Virus record (IMG/VR): IMGVR_UViG_2775507207_000001
Coordinates: 8,017-72,016 of that record
Strand: one strand, 5' to 3'
DNA from: a virus
Taxonomy: Duplodnaviria; Caudoviricetes
DNA: 64,000 nt
Of the stretch, positions 47,264 through 57,800 are shown in pieces; position 1 is the first letter of the stretch; each line of letters starts with the position of its first letter. Both the position numbers and the translations under genes were made by a program. The notes beneath the pieces are model-generated. The model was not told the DNA's origin, made no database searches, and worked only from the letters and a program-made list of their open reading frames with translations.

Positions 47264-47646
47264 TGCGACAACAAATGGTACTGGGCGACTTTATTTTTGG
47301 TTTATCCCGAGGGTTCGCCTATTCAACACTGACCCGCAACAGCGATGGTGGCTGGAGCGACCTGGCGATTATCGCCAGCAAACCCCAGTCGCGGCAGAAC
47401 GGCCAGAAGCTGGAAAAACTCACGTTCAGCGGTACAGCCATGCGCGCTATCGGCATGCAGCGCCTGGACCAATTGCGCGCTCTGCAAAATGCGCGAGCGC
47501 CTTTGCCGCTGGTGGATGGCATCGGCCGCAACTGGGGCCTGTGGCGTATCAATTCGGTAGTGGAAGCCCAAAGCAATGTGATCGATGACGGCACCGCCAT
47601 GGTCATGAATTGGACCCTTGAGCTGGAGGAATTCGTCAATGCGTAG
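47263..47646 (+). CDS. Tail protein U
   Basis: MVLGDFIF, PLPLVDGIG..WGLW. Confidence 0.88.
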   Translation: MRQQMVLGDFIFGLSRGFAYSTLTRNSDGGWSDLAIIASKPQSRQNGQKLEKLTFSGTAMRAIGMQRLDQLRALQNARAPLPLVDGIGRNWGLWRINSVVEAQSNVIDDGTAMVMNWTLELEEFVNA

Positions 47647-47851
47647 AGTGCGAAGTATTGCCGGTGACTCGGTCAACCTGTTGCTCTACCGCGAGTTGGG
47701 CCGTTGCGATGACGCCGCCGAAGAAACCCTTTGGCGCTTGAACCCCGAACTCGGCGAATACGGCCCGGTACTGCCAGCCGGTGTCTGGGTGATCGTGCCT
47801 GAGATACAAGCACGACCGGCCGCCATGCGGCCCGTTCTGGCCTGGGATTGA
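47639..47851 (+). CDS. Tail protein X
   Basis: GDSV...LNPEL...LPAG...WD. Confidence 0.85.
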   Translation: MRRVRSIAGDSVNLLLYRELGRCDDAAEETLWRLNPELGEYGPVLPAGVWVIVPEIQARPAAMRPVLAWD

Positions 47852-47860
47852 GGAGGCTGC

Positions 47861-48871
47861 ATGGCACAGGAATTTACGCCGATCGTGGAGTTCTACGGCG
47901 CCAACGCGGCGCTGCTCAATCAACGCCTGATGCACTGGAGCCACACCGACGCTGCAGGCATCGAGACCGATCGACTGGAACTGACCCTTAATATCGAAGG
48001 GTTGGAAGGCTTGCCCAGCCTCAGTGGCAAGATCGGCCTGCGCGTCGGCTATCAGGAAACGGGGCTGGTGGAAAAAGGCGAGTTTGTGGTCACCCAGCGA
48101 ACCCCGGTGCTGTTTCCGATGCGCCTGATGATCGTCGCCACCGCCGCGCCCTTCAGCGTGGTGGATAAAAGCGGCTACCGCCAGCGCCGTTCCGCCAGCC
48201 ATGGGCCGACCACCTTGGGCGCCTTGTTTCGCCAACTGGTCAGCCGTCATGGTTTTTCACCGCGTGTGGCACCGACGTTGGACGGTATTGCGATTGAGCA
48301 TATCGATCAGTCAAACGAAAGCGACATGGCCTTCATCACCCGCCTGGCCAAGCGTTACAACGCGGTCACCAAGCCGTTCAACGAGCTTTATGTGCTGGCC
48401 GAAGCGGGGCAGGCCAAATCACTCACCGGCCAGCTATTGCCCGAAGTGAAGTTATCCGTGACACGCGACAACCGCCCGGGAGAGCAGGCCTTTATCACCG
48501 CCAAACTTGATGAAAAATCACGCTCCAAATACATGGGCAGCCGCGTCAGCTGGTGGGACGCCGCCGCCGGCAAGCAGCGGGTGGTCCAGGTCGGGATCGC
48601 CCCGTTCAAGACCTTGCGCCAGCCCTGCCAGAACGAAGCCGAAGCCCGCGCCGTGGCCGAAGGCGAACTGCGCCGCGTGGGCCGTGAAGGCTTGAAGTTA
48701 CAGATTGATTGCCCAGGCAACCCGTTGCTGGCGGCCGAAGGGTTGCTGGTGCTGGATGACACCTGGCCTGTGTACATGCAGGGGCGCTGGTCGATCACCA
48801 AGGTGACCCACGTTGGGGACCCTGCGACGGGATATCGCAGTTCGATCCTGGCCGGTGGCTTGGCGTCGTGA
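47861..48871 (+). CDS. Late control D / hub protein
   Basis: HIDQSNESDMAFITRLA. Confidence 0.88.
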   Translation: MAQEFTPIVEFYGANAALLNQRLMHWSHTDAAGIETDRLELTLNIEGLEGLPSLSGKIGLRVGYQETGLVEKGEFVVTQRTPVLFPMRLMIVATAAPFSVVDKSGYRQRRSASHGPTTLGALFRQLVSRHGFSPRVAPTLDGIAIEHIDQSNESDMAFITRLAKRYNAVTKPFNELYVLAEAGQAKSLTGQLLPEVKLSVTRDNRPGEQAFITAKLDEKSRSKYMGSRVSWWDAAAGKQRVVQVGIAPFKTLRQPCQNEAEARAVAEGELRRVGREGLKLQIDCPGNPLLAAEGLLVLDDTWPVYMQGRWSITKVTHVGDPATGYRSSILAGGLAS

Positions 48872-48916
48872 TCACCACCGCTGCACGTTCACCACTGACT
48901 CGCTACAGGAACCAGG

Positions 48917-49114
48917 ATGCCTATGAATGACGAAGAATTGGCCGCGATCAACCGTTTGATCGCCGCCCTGCAAACCCAGACCGATGGCCAGGTGGCGCTC
49001 AATGCCGCCATTCGGCTGTTGGCCCAGAGCAACCAGGCGTTGGTCGACGTGATCAAGAGCCGAGAACCGGACCCGAATGCACCGCCTTACCTGGACGGCA
49101 AACCGGCGCCCTGA
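48917..49114 (+). CDS. Small hypothetical protein at the R/F junction
   Basis: AGGA RBS; coiled coil ending in YLDGKP. Confidence 0.6.
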   Translation: MPMNDEELAAINRLIAALQTQTDGQVALNAAIRLLAQSNQALVDVIKSREPDPNAPPYLDGKPAP

Positions 49115-49206
49115 TCCCGTCTCGACCTGCCTTGTACGCAGCACCATAGCCGTTGCACCCCACAACCCGCCTTCGCGGGTTTTTTATTGTTCATGGAGAA
49201 CACTCG

Positions 49207-49698
49207 ATGTCGATTCTTACCCAAGGTACCCAGATTTTCGCCCTCGTTCCGCCGGTCTCCGGCACCGGGCCCTATACCGTGCTGGAAGTCGAGCACGCCA
49301 CTTCGTTCGAACCGGGCGGCGCGCCGGCCGAGCAGATTGAAGACACCAGCCTCAATGCCGAAGAGCGCAGCTACAAGAAAGGTTTGCGCACCCCTGGCAC
49401 AGCGAGCCTGGGCCTGAACGCCGACCCCACCAATGCCAGCCACATCCGCCTGCACCAGCTGTCGGAAGCCAAGGGCGATACCGGCGTGAAGTGGGCCGTG
49501 GGCTGGTCCGACGGCAAGGATGTACTGCCGACCGTCAACGCTAAAGGCGATGGCTTTGAACTGCCGGCGACGCGCACCTGGTTCACCTTCGACGGCTACG
49601 TGTCGGACTTCCCGTTCAACTTCGCACTGAACGCGGTCGTGACCACCACCGTCACCATCCAACGTACCGGCGCCAGCGCCTGGATCAAGAAAGCCTGA
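49207..49698 (+). CDS. F-tailocin major tail tube protein
   Basis: [29 protein letters not shown]. Confidence 0.85.
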   Translation: MSILTQGTQIFALVPPVSGTGPYTVLEVEHATSFEPGGAPAEQIEDTSLNAEERSYKKGLRTPGTASLGLNADPTNASHIRLHQLSEAKGDTGVKWAVGWSDGKDVLPTVNAKGDGFELPATRTWFTFDGYVSDFPFNFALNAVVTTTVTIQRTGASAWIKKA

Positions 49699-49706
49699 GA
49701 GACGCC

Positions 49707-50057
49707 ATGAACCTCAAACAACTGAAAGCCAAGGGCGGCATCGTCGATGGCCAACTGGTGAAGAAGGAAATCAGCTGGACGCACCTGGACAGCAAAACTG
49801 GCAAGGAAGTGACTGACACGTTCACGTTGCACATTCGCCGCCAGTCCTTCGGCGTGATCGAGCGTCTGTTCAGTCAGGGCGAATCGGCACAGAGCCGTAA
49901 CGCCAGCTACCTCGCCGCCTCAGTGTCGTTGGGTGCCGAGGGTGATGAAGCCCTGAGTTATGACGATGCCTTCGGCCTTGAGCCGTCATTGGGGTTTGTG
50001 ATGCTCAATGCAGTCAATGAGGTCAATGGCACCCAGGGTGGCGGCGCAAAGAACTGA
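49707..50057 (+). CDS. F-tailocin tail assembly chaperone
   Basis: Position after the tube; ends GCA AAG AAC TGA. Confidence 0.75.
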   Translation: MNLKQLKAKGGIVDGQLVKKEISWTHLDSKTGKEVTDTFTLHIRRQSFGVIERLFSQGESAQSRNASYLAASVSLGAEGDEALSYDDAFGLEPSLGFVMLNAVNEVNGTQGGGAKN

Positions 50058-50086
50058 CGGTCGCCGATGAGTTCTGGCACGAACTG

Positions 50087-50341
50087 GTGCTGAACGGAGT
50101 CGGCGGCCGCACGATCGCCGAAGCCAAGGAACGCATGACATACCACGAAGCCCTGGCCTGGGGACGCTATATCGACCGATATGGCTCCCTGCACGCCGGT
50201 AGGCGGCTGGAGGCGGGCAGCGCGTTGGTGGCGCTGCAGACCCACCGGCTGGGCGGCGGCACGGCCGAGATGATTGACTTCATGCCCCACGAGCTGCGCC
50301 GGGGTGTGTCGCTCGAACGTGCGATGAACGAGTGGCGTTAA
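50087..50341 (+). CDS. Chaperone extension (gpT-like, -1 frame)
   Basis: GGRTIAEAKERM...W...YGSL...DFMPH. Confidence 0.7.
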   Translation: MLNGVGGRTIAEAKERMTYHEALAWGRYIDRYGSLHAGRRLEAGSALVALQTHRLGGGTAEMIDFMPHELRRGVSLERAMNEWR

Positions 50342-50403
50342 GGACGACGCGACTTTCCTTGAAACCCGTTTCGACGGGTTTTATCCATGACCCGGAGAAA
50401 CCT

Positions 50404-51564
50404 ATGGCAACTGCTTCCCAGGGTAATCTGACGCTCAACCTCGGCAGCCTGGAGCAGGCCCTGGCGAAGGCGTCACGGATTACCGAAAACAGCATGCGCG
50501 AGATGCAGCAGAAGATCGAGGACGCCAGCAAAAAGGTCAGCGCCTCTGCCGCAGCGGCGCTACAGGTCACGTCCGGCCAGTTCAAGGGCTTTCAACGGGC
50601 CTATGACCCGGCCACGGATGCGGCGGAAAAATTTATCCAGAAAAATGCGCAACTGGTGCAAGTGCTCAAGCAGAGCCAGGGGGCGCAGAATGATTTTGTT
50701 GGCGCGTTGGATGCGCAGTCCAGTTATACCGAGCGGGTCGGGCTGAAGTTTCCAACGGGTGGGCCGTATGGGGATGCTGCCTCATCGGATCAGGAGGGGA
50801 TGGCACTTCTGAGTCAAGAAAAAACCGGGCAGATTAAAAGTAATTTCGCCGATATGTCCCAGTTGCTTAATGACTGGCGCAATGGTGCCAATGCCGCGTT
50901 CGAAGAGTATTCAAACAACGCAGGTACGGCAGCCGAGCAATCGAAGGCAGTGTTCGCCAGTGCTTTTGAAAAGATGGATGCTGCGGTCCTTACATTTGCG
51001 ACTACGGGTAAGTTCAACTTCTCTGATTTTGCCACCTCTGTGCTCAAAGACATGGCAGCGATGGCTGCAAAAACTGCGGCCTCTAGTGCTCTGAAGTCGT
51101 TGTTCAGTTTGGCCGGCTCGGCTATCACCAGTTGGTTGCGTCCTTCTGTTCCCGCAGGTTCTGTGCTGGGGCCAAGCGGGTATCAAAATGAACTCAATGT
51201 CTCCGGCATCAAGTATGCCAATGGAGGGGTATTTACCAACTCCATTGCAACCGGCCCCACCCTGGCCCCCATGGCCCTTTTCGGCGAAGCCGGCCCCGAA
51301 GCCATCATGCCTCTGAGCCGTGGTTCCGACGGCTCCCTGGGCGTGCGCGCATTGGGCGGCGGTCAATCAGGCAACACCAGCAGCAACCAGGTGGTGATCC
51401 AGCAAACCATCAACGTTGCCGACGGCCAAGGCTCAGGCACCGACACCAACGCCCAGAACGTCGCCCGCGCCTATGCCGGTTCCGCCCGCCAGGGCGCTGC
51501 CGAACAGATCGCCCGCGACCTCAAGCCGGGCGGGCAAATCTGGTCGGCCATCAACGGCCGCTGA
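50404..51564 (+). CDS. F-tailocin tape measure protein (short, 386 aa)
   Basis: Lambda TMP C-terminal features (FATTGKFNFSDFA, GEAGPEAIMPL, KPGGQIW). Confidence 0.82.
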   Translation: MATASQGNLTLNLGSLEQALAKASRITENSMREMQQKIEDASKKVSASAAAALQVTSGQFKGFQRAYDPATDAAEKFIQKNAQLVQVLKQSQGAQNDFVGALDAQSSYTERVGLKFPTGGPYGDAASSDQEGMALLSQEKTGQIKSNFADMSQLLNDWRNGANAAFEEYSNNAGTAAEQSKAVFASAFEKMDAAVLTFATTGKFNFSDFATSVLKDMAAMAAKTAASSALKSLFSLAGSAITSWLRPSVPAGSVLGPSGYQNELNVSGIKYANGGVFTNSIATGPTLAPMALFGEAGPEAIMPLSRGSDGSLGVRALGGGQSGNTSSNQVVIQQTINVADGQGSGTDTNAQNVARAYAGSARQGAAEQIARDLKPGGQIWSAINGR

Positions 51565-51592
51565 TCATCAACGGCTTACGCCTGGAGAAAAC

Positions 51593-51931
51593 ATGAGCAC
51601 AGAAACTTTCACATGGGTGCCCAAGGTGGAGCCCGTCGGCAGCGTCGAATTTCGCCTGAAGACGGCCAAGTTCGGCGACGGCTACCAGCAAACGGCCGCG
51701 GATGGGATCAACAACAAAACTCAGTCCTGGCCACTGACGTTCGTGGGTGACGAAGCGCGCATCAAAGCGATCGTTGCTTTCCTTGATCGCCATGCTGGCG
51801 CCAAAGCGTTCAGTTGGACCGCACCACTGGCAGAGCCTGCGTTGTATCGCTGCAAGGGTTACCAGCCAACGCCCATGGGCGCCGGGCTCTACTCCCTGAC
51901 GGCGACGTTCGAGCAAGCCTTCCACCCCTAG
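51593..51931 (+). CDS. Minor tail protein M
   Basis: FGDGYQQ..DGIN, FLDRHAG..AFSW. Confidence 0.9.
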   Translation: MSTETFTWVPKVEPVGSVEFRLKTAKFGDGYQQTAADGINNKTQSWPLTFVGDEARIKAIVAFLDRHAGAKAFSWTAPLAEPALYRCKGYQPTPMGAGLYSLTATFEQAFHP

Positions 51932-51982
51932 CGCCGCCTCCACCCCGCCGTAGTGCGGGGTTTTCTTTGCCCGGAGAATCAT

Positions 51983-52666
51983 ATGTCCATCACCGCAGAT
52001 ATCCAGACCCTGGAGCCCGGGGCCTGGGTGGAGCTTTTCGAGCTCGATGCCACTCCCCTGGGCGCCGAGCTGTACCGGTTTCACGGTTACCCCCAGGAAT
52101 CATCGATCTTCTGGCAGGGCCACGAATATTCACCCTGGCCGATCCAGGCCGAAGGCTTTGAAATGTCGGGGCAGGGTACCCAACCGACGCCGACGCTGGC
52201 CGTAGGTAACGTCGGCGGTTTCATCACGGCGCTGGTGCTGTATTTCGAAGATCTGGTAGGCGCGCGGCTGATCCGCCATCGCACCTTGGGCAAGTACCTC
52301 GACGGCCAACCCGAAGCCGACCCTGAAGAGGAACTGCCGCCGGACATCTGGTACGTCGAGCGCAAAGTCGCGGAAAGCAGCGAGACGGTGAAGTTTGAAC
52401 TGGCCAGTGCGCTGGACTTCAACGGCGTGCAACTGCCACGTCGACAGATCGTCGCCAACGTGTGTTGGTGGCTCAGTTGCGGCGGTTACCGCGGCCCTTA
52501 TTGCGGCTACAACGGCGGGCCGGTGGCGGATGCCAATGACGTGATCGTCACCGACGCTGCCAAGGATAAATGCGGTGGGCGGCTGACTAGCTGCAAGCTG
52601 CGTTTCGGCGAGAACAACCCACTGCCCTACGGTTCATTTCCAGCGGCGGGCCTGTTGCGGAGTTGA
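51983..52666 (+). CDS. Minor tail protein L
   Basis: FELAS, PRRQI..NVCWW, C-terminal Cys motif CKLRFG. Confidence 0.92.
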   Translation: MSITADIQTLEPGAWVELFELDATPLGAELYRFHGYPQESSIFWQGHEYSPWPIQAEGFEMSGQGTQPTPTLAVGNVGGFITALVLYFEDLVGARLIRHRTLGKYLDGQPEADPEEELPPDIWYVERKVAESSETVKFELASALDFNGVQLPRRQIVANVCWWLSCGGYRGPYCGYNGGPVADANDVIVTDAAKDKCGGRLTSCKLRFGENNPLPYGSFPAAGLLRS

Positions 52667-52668
52667 GC

Positions 52669-53442
52669 ATGAACAAGACCAACCTGGCGGCGATTGCCCG
52701 GCACGCCGTGGCCGCGTATCCCCATGAGTGTTGCGGCTTGCTGATTCGTGAAGGGCGCAAGCGTGTGTATGTGCCTTGTCGAAATACGGCGAGCACACCC
52801 AGCGAACACTTTCGGCTGGCGCCCGAGGACTATGCCGCCGCGGAAGAACGCGGCGAAATCCTCGCTGTAGTGCACAGCCATCCGGATTGCCCGGCGACAC
52901 CCAGTGAAGCAGACCGCGTGGCGTGCGAAGCCTCCGGGTTGCCTTGGCACATCGTTGAAGTACGCACCGACGACGACGGGCAGGTGCGCACCGGTGAATG
53001 GGCCAGTTGCACGCCAAACGGCTACCAGGCGCCCCTGATCGGTCGCGCCTTCGCCCACGGCGTGCATGACTGCCTGAGCATTATCCTTGACTACTACCGC
53101 CGCGAGCTGGGCATCGAGCTGGGTGACTATCAGCGTGAAGACGGTTGGTGGGACAAGGGCGGCAACCTCTACCTGGACAACCTGCCGGCCGCTGGCTTCG
53201 TGCAGGTCAGCCAACTGCAACAGGGCGATATCGTACTGATGCAGATCCGCTCGCCAGTGCCCAACCATGCTGCGATCTACCTGGCCGACGGCGTGCTGCA
53301 AAGCGAACCCGAACATTACCCGGCGCCAGGTTCGATCCTGCACCACCTGTATGGTCGCGACAGCAAGCGCGACACCTACGGCGGCTACTGGGGTGAGGTG
53401 ACAGTGAGCTATTGGCGACACGGCCTGCGGGCCAAACATTAA
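52669..53442 (+). CDS. Tail assembly protein K (JAB plus NlpC/P60)
   Basis: YPHECCG, VHSHP, HGVHDC, NHAAIY. Confidence 0.92.
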   Translation: MNKTNLAAIARHAVAAYPHECCGLLIREGRKRVYVPCRNTASTPSEHFRLAPEDYAAAEERGEILAVVHSHPDCPATPSEADRVACEASGLPWHIVEVRTDDDGQVRTGEWASCTPNGYQAPLIGRAFAHGVHDCLSIILDYYRRELGIELGDYQREDGWWDKGGNLYLDNLPAAGFVQVSQLQQGDIVLMQIRSPVPNHAAIYLADGVLQSEPEHYPAPGSILHHLYGRDSKRDTYGGYWGEVTVSYWRHGLRAKH

Positions 53443-53475
53443 CCACATCGGCGGATCATTCGCCAGGAGGATGCC

Positions 53476-54105
53476 ATGCATCATGAAAAAGTCAGGACGG
53501 TGCGCCTCTACGGCAGCCTCGGCGCGAGCTTCGGGCGCGTGCATCGACTGGCGGTGAGCAACGCCTCGGAAGCGATCCATGCGCTGTGCATTCTGGTGCC
53601 GGGGTTCGAGCGCTTCCTGATGGAATCCAAGGACCGGGGCGTGACGTATTCGATTTTCCTGGGCCGCGACAACATTGGCCAGGATCGCCTCAAGGCACCT
53701 CCAGGCGCTGCGGATATCCGTATCGCACCGGTACTGGTGGGCAGTAAGCGCGCAGGGTCGATGCAAACCATTATTGGCGTTGCGCTGATTGTGGCGGCGT
53801 CGTACTTCTCTGGCGGTCTGGCCTCGGGGAGTTCCTCTGCCTTGATCGGTGCTTCATCCACCACTGGCTGGACCTTTGCCGCGAGCATGGGGATTTCCAT
53901 GGCCATGGGGGGCGTCGCGCAGTTGATGTCGCCGATGGCCAAGGGCCTGGGCACCATGGACCGTCCGGAAAACCGTGCGAGTTACAGCTTCAATGGGCCG
54001 GTCAATACCAGTATTCAAGGCAGCCCGGTGGGTCTGCTTTATGGTCAGTTGACGGTAGGCAGCGCGGTAATCAGCGCGGGCATTTATGCACAGGACCAAC
54101 TATGA
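53476..54105 (+). CDS. Tail assembly protein I, copy 1
   Basis: VRLYGSLG..FGR, SYSFNGPVNT, VGSAVISAG. Confidence 0.9.
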   Translation: MHHEKVRTVRLYGSLGASFGRVHRLAVSNASEAIHALCILVPGFERFLMESKDRGVTYSIFLGRDNIGQDRLKAPPGAADIRIAPVLVGSKRAGSMQTIIGVALIVAASYFSGGLASGSSSALIGASSTTGWTFAASMGISMAMGGVAQLMSPMAKGLGTMDRPENRASYSFNGPVNTSIQGSPVGLLYGQLTVGSAVISAGIYAQDQL

Positions 54106-54761
54106 GGAAGATTGCGGTGACTCCCAATTCCCAAACGTGTGTGCCAGCCATACAACAAACTGCTGCCGAAAAGGTGCGCACGGTTCGCCTGTATGGCGTG
54201 CTGGGTGCGCGCTTTGGCAGAGTGCATCGATTGGCGGTCAGTAGCGTTTCAGAGGCCATCCGAGCCCTGAGCATCCTCCTGCCTGGCTTTGAACGTTTCC
54301 TGATGGAATCCAAAGACAATGGGCTGACGTATTCGGTGTTCATGGGCAAGCAGAACATTCCCCAGGAGCGCCTCGGTGCCCCTGTCGGCAATGACGACAT
54401 CCGCCTGGCGCCGGTGCTGATCGGCAGCAAACGCGCAGGCGCCCTGCAGACTATTGTCGGTGCGGTGCTGATCGTCGTTGGCGCGATTATCACGGGCGGC
54501 ACCTTTGGTGCCGGCGCACCGTTTGGTTCGAGCCTGATCATGATGGGCGCCTCCATGGTAATGGGGGGCGTGATGCAAATGCTGTCGCCTGTACCCAAGG
54601 GCCTGGCGGCGCAAGATGGCCCCAACAACCGCGCCAGCTACAGCTTCAACGGACCGGTCAACACCAGTGCCCAGGGCAACCCGGTGGGCCTGCTTTACGG
54701 CCAACTGATCGTCGGCAGCTCAGTAATCAGCGCCGGGATCTACACCCAGGATCAACTCTAA
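54102..54761 (+). CDS. Tail assembly protein I, copy 2
   Basis: Same motifs as copy 1. Confidence 0.9.
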   Translation: MRKIAVTPNSQTCVPAIQQTAAEKVRTVRLYGVLGARFGRVHRLAVSSVSEAIRALSILLPGFERFLMESKDNGLTYSVFMGKQNIPQERLGAPVGNDDIRLAPVLIGSKRAGALQTIVGAVLIVVGAIITGGTFGAGAPFGSSLIMMGASMVMGGVMQMLSPVPKGLAAQDGPNNRASYSFNGPVNTSAQGNPVGLLYGQLIVGSSVISAGIYTQDQL

Positions 54762-54820
54762 CGTTCCTGCTCTTCAACCTGCCCGCCGAGTGCGGGCTTT
54801 ATTTCGCCTGAAGGAAAGCC

Positions 54821-57800
54821 ATGACTGACCTCACTCTCGCTGGCAGCAAAGGCGGCGCGTCCAAGCCCCGTCCCTCCGTGGAGGCGCCAGACAGCCTGCA
54901 AAGTACGGCCTATGCCCGTATCCTCGATCTCGTCAGCGAAGGCGAGATTGTCGGTTTGAAAAACGATAAGCGCTCGGTGTTTCTTGACGAGACCCCGCTG
55001 GCCAACGCCGATGGCAGCCTCAACTTCAGTGGCGTGACCCTCGACACCCGCAATGGCAGCCAGGACCAGTCACACATACCTGGCTTCCCGGCGGTGGAAA
55101 ACGAAAGCCCGGTGTCCGTCGAGCTGCGCAGTGATCAGCCCTGGACCAAGTCCTATTCCAACCTGCAACTGTCGGCGGTACGGGTTCGCCTGGCCGTGAC
55201 GCGGCTGTCGCAGACCAACACCAGCAACGGCGACACCAACGGTTATACCGTGCAGTACGCCATTGACCTGTCCACCGACGGCGGCGCATTTACAGAGGTG
55301 CTGGCCGCCGCGTTCAGTGGCAAAACTACCACCAAGTACGAACGTTCCCACCGTGTCGACTTGCCACCTGCGAAAGTCGGCTGGACCTTGCGCGTGCGCC
55401 GTATCACGCCGAACTCCACCAGTGGCGCGATTGCCGATACCACCACCGTAGAATCGTCCACCGAGGTGATTGACGCCAAGCTGCGCTACCCGGGCTCGGC
55501 GCTGATCGGCCTGCAATTCGATGCCGCGCAATTTCAGTCGATCCCCTCGCGCTCCTTCGAACTGCGCGGGCGCATCATCAAGGTGCCAAATAACTACGAC
55601 CCGCAAACCCGCACCTACAGCGGTGTATGGGACGGTACGTTCAAATCGGCCTGGACCGACAACCCGGCGTGGATCTACTACGACCTGCTATTGCACCAAC
55701 GCTATGGCCTGGGCCACCTGCTCAACGCCGGTCAAGTGGATAAGTGGGAGCTTTACCGCATCGGCCAGTACTGCGACCAGCCGGTGTCCGACGGCAAGGG
55801 CGGCACCGAACCGCGCTTCACCTGCAACCTGTACCTGTCGGTGCGTGCCGATGCACTGAAGGTGCTGCAAGACTTGGCGACTACCTTCCGGGGCATGGCC
55901 TATTGGGGCGCGGGTTCCGTGATGGCGGTGGCGGATATGCCGGAAGACCCGGTGTACACCTACTCCAACGCCAACGTGATCGGCGGCCAGTTCATCTACG
56001 GCGGTTCGGCGAAAAAGACCCGCTACACCGTTGCCCTGGTCAGTTGGAACGACCCGACGGATTTCTATCGCCAGAAGGTGCAATACGTCGACGACGCCGA
56101 AGGTATCGCGCGCTATGGCATCCAGCAAACCGAAATCAGCGCCACCGGCTGCACCTCCCAGGCGCAAGCCCAGCGCATCGGCAAATGGGCATTGCTGACC
56201 AACCGCCTGGAAACCGAAAGCGTGACCTTCGCGGTCGGCCTCGACGGCACCCTGGCGCGGCCCGGCCAGATCATCCGCGTGGCCGACAACGACCGCGCCG
56301 GCCGCCGCATTGGCGGGCGTCTGCGTGCCGCCACCCTCGACACCCTGACCCTGGATGCCGAAGTCACCGCCACTGCCGGCGACACCATCACCCTGGTGAT
56401 GCCCAACGGCAAGGCTGTATCCCGAGCGGTCAAATCCGTCAGCGCCGCAGGTGCGGATGAGCAGTTGGTTACGCTGCAAACCAAGCTCGACGACATGCCG
56501 CCGGCTCAATCGATCTGGGCCGTCGACTCCGCGACCCTGGCTTTGCAACAGTTCCGCGTACTGTCGATTTCCGAAGACTTTTCGGATGACGAAATCAAAT
56601 ACAGCCTCAGCGCGGTCAAGCACGTACCGAGCAAATTTGCCGCCATCGACAACGGCGCAAAAATCGACAGCCCACCGATCACCGTAATCCCGCCGAGCGT
56701 ACAAGCGGCCCCGATCAACGTGACCGTCAGCAATGACCATTTCGTCGAGCAGGGCAGCGCGGTCAATGTCATGACCATCGAGTGGCAGCGAGTGGCCAAT
56801 GCCATTGCGTACGAGGCGTACTGGCGCAAGAACGACGGTGAATGGGTCTACGCAGGCCGCACGGGCGGCGGTTCTATCGAAGTGTCCGGCATTTATGCCG
56901 GGCGTTATGTGGCCAAGGTACGGGCGATCAACGCGCTGGATATCGGCTCCCTGTATAGCGAGTCTGTAGAGACTGTACTTAACGGCAAGACCACATTGCC
57001 GCCGACCGTGGCAGCGCTGACGACGGAGTCGTTGGTGTTTGCGATCAAGGTGAAATGGCTGATTCCGCAGGGAGTGAGCACGGCGGATTTGCAGCGTACG
57101 GAAATCTGGTACGGGAAGACCTCCGACTTGGCGCAAGCGACCAAGCTCGGGGATTACGCGTTCCCGCAGACCGATTTGACCATGATGGGGCTGGCGGCGG
57201 GGGCGTCGTTGTTTTTCTGGGCGCGGCTGGTGGATCGTACGGGGAATATCGGGCCTTGGTTTCCAAACGGATCGGGCGTCAACGGGCAAGCGAGTTCGGA
57301 TGCATCTCCGATCCTGGATCTGATCGCCGGGCAAATCAGCGAGACGGAACTGGGTAAGCACTTGCTCGACCGTATCGAGCTGATTGATGGATCGGGCGCG
57401 GGTTCGGTCAACGACCGATTGGACAATACCCGTAAAGAACTGCAAGCACTGGTTGATCAAGTCACGGATGCGTTGCTGTACGACGCGGCCAGGGCATATG
57501 CCAGTGGCGAGTTTGTACGCCAGGAGAATCATCTTTACCAAGCTATCCAGGCAGTACCGGCTAACAGCCCACCGCCTAACGCGGCTTATTGGCTGGACAT
57601 TGGCTCCCTTGTGCAAACCAGCAATGCATTGGCGTTGCAGATCCAGCAGAACAAAACGGCGATCGAGACGGTGGACGGCAAGGTCACCAGCACTGCCCAG
57701 AAAACCGACGGGGTGTATGCCCAGGTCAACCCGAAGATGGCAGGTGATGAGCAAACCTCATTCGCGGGTGATGACGTTTCCATGGCTGGCACCTGGTCGG

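Noticed and set aside
55688-57754. 688-aa minus-strand ORF (also 42721-43995 and similar)
   Set aside because: Antisense to well-supported structural genes; typical high-GC codon-bias artefact
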